The position numbers and the translations under genes were made by a program. 64,000 nt of DNA from Candidatus Omnitrophota bacterium. GTDB taxonomy: Bacteria > Omnitrophota > Gorgyraeia > Zapsychrales > Zapsychraceae. The stretch's first letter is position 1; each line of letters opens with the position of its first letter. The stretch lies in NCBI GenBank assembly GCA_028280285.1, contig JANQMA010000013.1, positions 5,355 to 69,354 on the forward strand. Reading direction: 5' to 3'. Of this stretch, positions 28,901 to 38,300 are shown piece by piece. The notes beneath the pieces were generated by a model, which saw only the letters and a list, made by a program, of their open reading frames with translations, was not told the origin of the DNA and did not search any database.

Positions 28901-29392
28901 TTGCCGGACTTTGTTCCAAAATTTTTGCCCTAATTCGCTTTCGGGGTAAGTTAAAGACGCACTTAATTGCTTTAAGAGATAATCTTGAAGCAACATATTA
29001 CGTCCAAACTCGGTTACTTCAAGCGTCTCGGTTATAATCCTGTCGTCCTCATATGGCGACAGGTTAACCCAGAGCTCTTCTTCGGGGACAGTTAAAGCGG
29101 CTAGAAAATATTTAATTAACTGTTCGGATTCTTTTGAAACATCAAGCTGCTTAAGATTTTCATCCCCAAGATTAAGAATAAAATCAAAAGCAAAGGGTTC
29201 GTTTGGATTTATAATAATTCCATTTAAGACAGGCGGATTATACGGTTGGCTGACTGAAACAAAAACCCCGGGGGCAGGAACAAATACCTCTTGAGCCGCA
29301 GCATAAGAAGCGAATATGGTTTCAAATAAAAATACCCCGGCTATAAATAAAGATAAAACTTGTTTAGAAATCCGTAAGCCCGGCATACCCAT
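22934..29392 (-). CDS. Giant secreted multidomain protein (about 2150 aa): shared N-terminal module, insertion-split phosphoglycerate-kinase-like fold, C-terminal GHKL ATPase domain, shared C-terminal tail
   Basis: Start reassigned to the internal [34 protein letters not shown] (signal peptide). The ORF-track start at 29443 would overlap the upstream giant gene by 80 nt. PGK-like motifs: [80 protein letters not shown]. GHKL motifs: KDNGIGMD and GQATGMGLA. Confidence 0.7.
   Translation of the reverse strand: [2152 protein letters not shown]
23279..23626 (-). other. GHKL/HATPase_c-like ATP-binding domain at the C-terminus of the giant ORF
   Basis: D-x-G-x-G ([10 protein letters not shown]) and G-x-G-x-G-L ([11 protein letters not shown]) boxes, ending in a [10 protein letters not shown] strand. 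Confidence 0.6.
24494..26566 (-). other. Phosphoglycerate-kinase-like fold embedded in the giant ORF (residues about 960-1650), interrupted by coiled-coil insertions of about 90-150 aa
   Basis: The order and spacing of the PGK signature blocks are preserved: R-x-D-x-N / ALPTI / SHxGRP; then SxAP...L.GKEV...RF..EE; then DAxGTAHR; then the IIGGG and TGGG loops. Confidence 0.6.
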
Positions 29393-32300
29393 CGGATATC
29401 TCACTTTCTCTAGTAGCAAGGTTAATTTTATGATTGGCTTCATACTCCTCGGATCTGTATCCTAATAATTCATAAATAGCCTCCTCATCATAAACTTCAT
29501 CTTTTGTTGTGCGGATCGGCGTCTGTTTAAAATCTTGTGTATTAAGCCCCAGCAGTTGCGGAAGATTAACAGGTGTAATATTTTGAATCACCGGAATAAA
29601 CCCTTTAAGATCAAGATAAATATCCGCCGGCTGCTGTGGTAAAGGCAGCGGCACCCCCTTACCATCACGCTTGATTTGCCATTCAAAGAGATCAGGGTTT
29701 AGGTTAATCCCGCCAAGATCGTCTTCTTGCTTTTGCATTGCCGCCTCATCAGCAGCTTCCTGCCCATATTCTTCTGCTGCCTGTGCGGCCATTTGTTCCA
29801 AACGCGCTTCTCTACGTAACGCTGCCAACTGTGCATTAAGCGGAATGTAAATGGTTTGCTCTTCTGTGCTTTGTTGAAAGGTAATATTCGGATCTTGCGA
29901 ATTAGTATCAACAATGTTCAACAAACTTTCAACATCGCCAAATACTTGATTGATAATATCTATACCGTCTTTTTCCAAGAGTGCTTCTCTCCGCTTAAAA
30001 TCATCGGTTAAATCAAGCCACCACGAGGCAACCCATGGCTCATAATACGGCCTGGATTTGATTTTAATTTGTTCCTTGGAATAAGCGTCCAATATGATTG
30101 TCTTGCGATCATCCGTGTTCGTTTTCATAACCTGGAGCATGCTTGACACAAACTCTCTGAACTCTTCAAGAGTAAGTTTTTCATAAAGATCTTTCCAGGT
30201 AACCTTAAAACTTTTCAAGGCCTGATAAATATCCCGTTCAACCCACACATTTTTATTGTCAGAAAGATTTTCTGCTTTAGCCGCTTCAATTAACGCCGCA
30301 AAACCGTGCTCATAATCAAAATTAGGCAAATCCGAATCCGCCTGCTCCTGAAGCATGGTTGCCCCCATCCTTCGGTCTAATGGATCAGCAGACTTAAGCA
30401 GCTCCCTTGGATCGCCTTCAGCTTCGATTCCTAGACGTAAGAAAATATCATCAACAGTAGCCTGATAATTTTCAAAATCCGGAATCGGCTGCCCTGGCTT
30501 TGAAAAATCATACGGAGCAAAGGCAGCAGCAAACTCGACTTCAGGAACATACGTAATCCCGTTGACCTCTATATGCTCGGAATAACCACTTGTTCTCGTT
30601 AAAAGCAACCGCAAGTCACGCTTAATTTCATTATCGAGAAATAGGTCAATTCTGACAGGAGGATTGCTAAAGTCCATATACCTCGGCCCAAGAATCGCGG
30701 CCTGTTTTACAATCTTAGGCGCCTGGTTGATAAACGGTTTAATAAACGCGTGTAAAATACGCGGATCGTTCGGCTCAACATAACTTTTTGACTCCCTGTC
30801 TCTTTCTTCTGGGTTCAACATATAAATTAATGCCTCAAACGCACTAACAGCAACCAGATCATTAGGCGACTCTGTTCTTTTAAATAAATAATCTAATAAT
30901 TCATTAGCATCAACATCCCTTTTAACAAGCAGCTCGATTTTCTCTCTAAAAATTTCGGGGTTAGTTTCAGAGTCTAAGCTATTAAGCAAATTTGTATCGA
31001 TAATATTTACTCCATCCGGCAAAACATCGAATCTATAATCTTTACGTTGTTTAATAAGCTCAACCCCCAGCATGCGCAGTTGATAATTAGGATGGTTTAT
31101 CATCTGTGCAATATCATCAATTGATCTTACATGAAGAAGAATTAACTCATTTAAGTCTCTAATCCTATCGATCCTTTGCCTATGCGGCCGGTCGCGGTTA
31201 ACATTGGCGCCTTCTTTTCCGACATTGCCATCCTGGCGGATTGTATCTCTCCTGCGCACTCCGCCCCCTCTTTCAAAATGCGTCATCCCTAAAGTTGCTT
31301 TATAACGTATATCCTGATTGCCCTCTTCTTCGTATTCCACTGCTTGGCCAACATTTGGAAAAAAGATATCATTCCATATCCTGAGTTTTTGATATAAAGC
31401 AGCCTTCCTGTTAACTACCGCCTCTCCTGATATACGCGCATCTGAATCATTTTCTAAATCATCGATTTCCCTTACAATCTTTTGAGCATAACCCAGAATC
31501 AAATCGAACATTTTGGTGCGTACTTCGACATTTTCATGTTCCGTTCCCTTATGCACAGCTTCTAGCATATCTCGTTCTTCTTGTGTATTATCAGCCAGCC
31601 ATGCCTTTTCCATAAGAATGGCAGCCGGTATATCCGCACGAGGATCAGTATCATCTGCTGTTCTACGACTGAGCACCTCTTTAGCCGGATTACCTTCCAT
31701 GGCCCCCAAAAGACCAAAAACCTCCTCACGAACAAATGATGGGAAATCTTTATGCGTTGCGCCAACTAAATCATCCGATAAAACACCACTTTTAAATGCA
31801 TCATTGACCATACGATCAAAACTAACCTCTTTATCATCTGCATTTAAAAAATTTCGCGCTATTGTTTCTTTTCGATCTTCATCTCGCACAATTGTATTCC
31901 ATAGATCGGCCGATATACGTAACTCTCTTTCAATATTAAGCAACTCCTCGCCCGCCAAAGGAGTCGGATATAAATTAATCAGTGATTCTGGATTAAGCAC
32001 AGCTAATTGTTTACGTAACTCTCTTCTAACATCTACATTAGCATTATTAAGTGCTTGTTCTCCTAGACGCTCATATCGCTCCAATAAATCTATGATGTAG
32101 GAATAAATATCCTGGCGTTGATCTTTAGCTGTTTTGGCCATCTGACTCAGCGCTCTGATATAACGGATTTGTTGGGGGGTTGCTTCAGGCCCTTTAGTTT
32201 GGGATGCCTTTATGACTCCTCTTTCTATAGCCTCAACATCTATTTTATTCGCAATCCAGTTGATTAAATCAATCGTCCGCCCCTCTACTGAAACATCCTT

Positions 32301-35300
32301 AAGCGTCCCTTCAAACTCAACAGGAGCTAAATTATACTGAAACGCATCATATATGGCGTCTCTGGCCGGCTTATCGAATGCATCTTGTCCCATTTTTTTA
32401 AATTCGCGGTCAATGAGATCTTTAAGACTGTTTGTTTCGCGTGTGGGTGGCTCCTGATTAAGCTTGCGTCTTACCTGGCCAAGCGCCTGAATAGCCTGCA
32501 TCTGTGCTGTTCCATATCTTGCAATACGGATATAAGTCAAAACTGTTTCGCGCTGTTTGCCATACTCAATATCTTTGGCACCGCTGCCGAAAAATACATC
32601 CGCCAAAACATTAAGCGCATCAACATCCCCCATAGCTCCTAACTGGCTAAAATGATGCGCAACATTGGAAAGCTCCCCGGAGGCGATGTCAGCAAAAGTA
32701 ATGCCTTTTGGTTGATACCCGTATCTCTTCAGCCCTCCACGAGCAATATCACGTGTAACAGGATCGTTATTTTGCGTATAGGAAAGAAGCATGACAATCC
32801 GTCTTTGCTTTTGCCGTTCTGTCATATCTGCGTGAGGCGGTTCAGCCATCATCGATGCCATAAACTGATTAAAACTGCGTGCATCAAGACTTCTGATCCT
32901 CTTGCGTGCCTCAAGCAATTTTCTTTTGTTAACCCCTAACTCGGAAAAAACGATATCGTAAAACAGTTTAAACCCAACCGATCTTGGATCAATAAATTCG
33001 GTTGAAATATAACTTGCCAGTAAATGTTCCGCCCCCGCATTAAAAAGCGCCGAATAATAGGTCTGATCCTCCATGCGGTCTAACGCCAGACCAAAAGAAT
33101 TAAGATACAGTAAGCTCTCTTTATCTTGTAGCCCCTTAGCTCTAGCTTGCGCCAATTGATAAATAGCATTTTCAATTATGCTTGTTGTGCCACGCAAGAC
33201 CCGCATAGAAAGAGTTGGGTTATATTCACGGTGTTTTTTCACCAGTGCTTTTTGTGATAAACGCCAATCATTTTCCGTATGAAGCCGGTAGGCCTGTGCG
33301 GCCCTTTCTCTAACCAGTGGATCGGAGTCCCACATCGCATCAATCAAAGCCTGTTTGGCTACCGCCCCACGTACATACGCCAGACGCGTCACCGCCTCGA
33401 TTCTATACTGAACCTTTTCATGTAGCGTTGCAATGCGGGCTAACAATTCCCGCGCCGGTTTACGTACCGGCCTTGCCAATAAACGTGCAGTGCTTACGGC
33501 AAGCCCATAATTTAAATTATCGAGTTCTAACTCATATTCACCTTCAACCCGCACCCAGGGATTGCTCGGAAGGCCTGGCGCAGCAATCGGTCTGGTTATG
33601 TCAATCGTAAAATCTCTCCCTGAAAAGATGAATGATTCGCGGTCTAGATCTGCCCCGCGCAAATTGAGTTCAAAACGCAGACGCTCATGAGCTCTGTCCG
33701 ATAAGGTAGCAACCGTTGCATATCTAGATAATGTTTTTCTATCTCGGTCATAAATCCAATAGGAATCATTCGACATAAACAAAAGCGCGTCGAATGCAGC
33801 CTCAACCTCAATATCATTGTCTGCTCTATTATTGAGCAAAAACCGTTCAATGCCCTCAAAATTAGCCGCTCTTTTACCCTTTATAAATAAAAACGACTCA
33901 CTACGAAGCCCTGAAATCCTTAAGGCCTGAGCAACGGCAAAAGGACTATTACTTTTCTCAATGGTTTCGATCAGAAGCCTGCTGGTATTTTTAGTACGCG
34001 AGCGTTCTAACCATTTACTCACAATCCTTTTTATTGTCTCATTTGTCCCCCCAAGCAAATCAATCAGTCCGCGGACAATGCTTTCGTCTAAATCATTTTT
34101 TGGAAAGAGCTCTGTATATCTTTCAAGCCAGGCATCAGCATACTCCGCAGATTGCGGCCGGTCGCGCATGGCATTGACCATAACAATCGCCGCTTGCCTG
34201 CCTTTTTCTCTGGCCGCATCAGGATTCGCTTTATATGCTTCTTGAAATAATCTATCTAATTCAATTAACTCTTTCAGCGTTTTAGAATCATTTTTTGTCC
34301 GTAAATACTCCTCGATATTATCTTGTGCAATCAAGCTGTCGACATCTGTTATTTCTTCTCTCTGCTGGTAAATTTCCAAATCCCTTGGAGCCGCTTCAAG
34401 AGCCGAACCTCCCGCTACAGCCGTCGCGACAGCAAGCTTGGCGGCCACCGCACCACTTTTTGCGCTTTTTAACAAGCCTGTTATTGCTGCAGCATCAGAA
34501 GCACCGATGAGCTCATTAGCTCTGCTTTCAAGCTCCTTCTTATTATATTTATAGTCTCCTTTATCTTCTCCCTGCTCAGGAAGCTTAATAAAAACGTCTT
34601 CTGTCAGTTTTTGGAACATATAAATAATCAAGTTCTCATAAATATAATAAAAGTCATCCCCGGCCAGCTCCGATAAAAAGACTCGTGTTTTCCCTTTATC
34701 TAAACGGAAATTCGCAAGCCCCATTTTTTCAAACGGTATTTTGGACGCCACTTCCTGCATATGTCGGACTTTTTTTAAATCACTTTCCTCAACATCCTCA
34801 AAATCTTCTTTTTTGAGACTATCCGGAGATTCAATGTCAAAAACTTCAAGCAATAGACGCCCGGCCTCTTCGGTGCCCACATTAACCAGGGCCCTGGCCG
34901 CCATAAGCGTATAAATCATTTTTTCGAAATCAAAAAATGCAATTGTTCCGTTTGGCAAAAGATACTTGCGATAAATCGGCACAAGCCAATTTAAATTGCT
35001 TATCTGTGGGCTTTTGGACTGACGAAAGGATTCATGATAATTTTTGTACTTGCCCGGCGTTTGCGTAAAATAATCGGCAAAATATTGATAAACGGTCTCG
35101 ACTCTACTTGTCTTATTGTCAATTTTCCTGTCAACCACACTCCAAAGCTCTTCGCTTCTTTTATCGATTAATTCATCAAATTTTTCCCGTATGAGTTTAT
35201 CATTATCTTGATCTTTTTTCTTAAACAATCCCCTGATGCTGCGTAATATCCTCTCGACTTCCGCATCTCTCTGTTCACTTAAAACAGGCTCTCTTAGCTC

Positions 35301-38300
35301 CGTTCTTCTCACACCCACACGAGCCGATCTATCCCTTCGCGACCTAATATTAGCCACAAGGTTGTCCTCTTTTGTTTTTTTACGGTTAAAATATCTATTA
35401 ACCAAAATCTTTTGATCTTGCAGTTTTTTAATTGTTTTAAGAAGACTGAGCAGCCACCTACTTTTTTTATCTTTCGCTTTAACAATATTCTCAATAATTT
35501 TTTTTGGTAGTTTTTTTGGATAATTCGCTTCAATTTTTTCAATAAATTTTCGTTTGGCAGCACCACTAAAGCTCTTGCGATAACCCCAAACGAGAACTCC
35601 ACTTAAAAGAAGCACCGTGATCATAGTAGGCACAGTATTTTTAAAAACCTCTTCATTATATGCTTTAGCCTTTAGCCAGCTTTGAAATACAGGATCCCCG
35701 CTGGCGTCCGGGTACACAGAAACAAAGGCCAATAATTCCCCATCTGTTTTAAACTGTTCAGGCTCACTTTTGGCAATCGCCAATATATCCGCATAAAACT
35801 CTTTGATCCTTTGCTCACTGTTTGCCTCTAGGCTATGTAACAGTGTGGTCACATCTTCAATCATGGGTGTCAGTCCCATAGGCTGAATATGCATGTGAAG
35901 ACGAGTAAGGGCTTTACGCTCTTCAACCGGAAGCCTTATGTACGCCTTAAGGTACGCAGCATGCATGTCCTCTTTTTTGACATCTGTATTCTTAAAATAA
36001 TACTCCTTCGCCATCCACAAATAATCATTAAGATCCTCATTGTCGGTTCTTGGCGCTTTCTCAGCCAAAACATAATTTGTTTTAAAAGCCTCTCTGCGCA
36101 CACGAGGCGATTCATGTAAAGTGAACTCAAGCACTAAAGTAAATAACGTTTTATCTCCCAGCTGTTTGATAGCCTCTAAAACATAAAAAGCAAAGGTATT
36201 TCTTCTATCAAGAACATCACGCTTGACATCGGATTGCCGATAAAACCTGAGGATCCCGGAAAGACTGTCTTGCGCTGCAACAGGAAGCGGAACGCGATAC
36301 AACCCGATAATAGAAAAATAGGCAATAAGTATGGCAACGGCAATGCCAACACCTATCATGGTAATTCTTTGTATCGAATCAAGGGTTAAGTCCCAACTCC
36401 TATCCCCTTCGTTGCGTTCATTTATTTTGTTAAATTTTTTGTTTGTTTTTACTTTACTTCTCCAATCACGAAACCTTTTCCATTGCCGTCCGGGCCATTG
36501 CCATAAGGTTGCTAAAGCAGATAGCATAGCATTATCCTTAGTTGGCGGCTTCTCATGCAGACTTTCATCGATATCGCGTAAAATATTGACTAATTGTAAT
36601 TGTTGAGAGCGCTCAGGTACTTCTACAATTGTGGCAATAGTTATATCTTGATCAGTTTTTTTTGATTGAGCCTCCGACTCAGTATTAGCCTGTCCTTTTT
36701 GTTTTTTATCAAAATCAATCTGGTCAATTATCCCTTGTATCTCGGTCGCCCCCCCTGTCACGATCATAAAAATAGTCTTTTCCGATTCCATCATCCTAAG
36801 TAATTGCCCGGAGACAGTATCTTGAGAGCTTATTTGATTTTTTTTCTTAAAAACCTGCAGCTGTGCGAGTGTTGTTGCACGTTGAGGATAAATGTATTCA
36901 ATACGTTCAATCCCAAATCGGTTAAACACTTCCGCTGTATATTGAACGGCATTGGCTGGAATAACTAATAATGTCTTGGACCCATCAGCAATGCCGTTAT
37001 AATGACCTTCTGTAAACCCCTTTTCTTTATAAAACGTTTCATGAAATGCAAATTGATTTTTAACCTTTTGCCAAATCGCCAACTCCTCAAAATAGCGCGC
37101 TTTATCTTCCACATCACCTTCTATAGCTTGAGGGATTACATCGACAAATCTTTGAATATCCATTGAATTGACGCGCATTCGTAACGCAAGGAGTGCAACT
37201 GCCTTTCTTTCTTCATAGGTAAGTGAACCATAATAATCCGTCAAGATTTCATAAACCAGGCCATTTAAAAAGTCTCTTAATTCGGTATCAGTCTCTAAAT
37301 CAACTGCGGATTTGCCCGTTTGCTGTTCATACTGTTGCAGCTCCTCGGCCGTGGACTCCCATCGGGTAAGATTGGTGAAGATATCATTGAGCTCTGTATC
37401 AAGTATCATATTCTGAGCGGCTAGATACTCCATAAGCGGCATAAGTGCAGGAACAACAATAGACTTAAGCTGTACCCCGACAGCTTCCACACCTTCTTTT
37501 TGTTTATCCAGTGTTTGATTTTTTTGCAGAACATTAACCAAATTGATAAGATATCCAGACATTGACAAATTATCCGCCGCCCCCTCAATAATGAGATTTT
37601 CAACAAGCTCATGCGGAAGGCGCGCCTTGTACCTGCCTGTCTTTTCTTCAAAACTCAAATCCCTTGAATCCTGTGGAACAAGAAATTCCCCCAGGCTTGG
37701 GGTGCCCAATACAATAAAGGCTGTCATAAGCGTTGCATTTGCTAATGTAAGGCGTATAGAAGCCCCGTACACAAACCGATAAAGCCAACTTTTTTCTTCA
37801 ACCACCGGGCGAGATCTGACATAAAAAGCCCCTAAAAAAAGTACAATTAACGCTCCAATGACAACGGAAACTGTTCCTGCCCTTATATCTTCTTTAAGGG
37901 TTTTAATTATTTTGAAAAAAAACACGTCTGTATTATTGGACATCCACCTCCCGTAACTGTTTTCAAACCAGTACATCGAACTTATCGCTTTATATACAAA
38001 TCCGTCTCTTAATGCAGCTGTTCTACTTTGGTTTTTAATATTTTGCTCCTCAGCGGCTATGCGCTGCCTTGTCAGTCGTTTAAAATTCTCTAACCTTTCT
38101 TCGTCACTTAAGCCATTGTCAGGTTTATTTTTGAGCAATTTATCTGAAAATACCCACATTTCATCTTTGACTGCCTTTCTAAGATCATTGGAAGGCCGCC
38201 GCAATAATTCCACGGTTTTTTGTAAAGCCTTTGGGTCAACCCCTCTGGCATACTCCTGTCTAAAAGCAAGATTAGAAATAACATTCTTCACAACAGGATC

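Noticed and set aside
31513-32100. 195-aa plus-strand ORF (and many similar ones at 5860-6318, 6613-6939, 20685-21200, 41622-41939, 42687-43067 and 51603-52148) lying inside large minus-strand genes
   Set aside because: They are antisense shadow ORFs of repetitive, compositionally biased coding sequence. Their translations are low-complexity (S/L/T-rich), lack motifs, and would require massive gene overlap with far better supported minus-strand genes.
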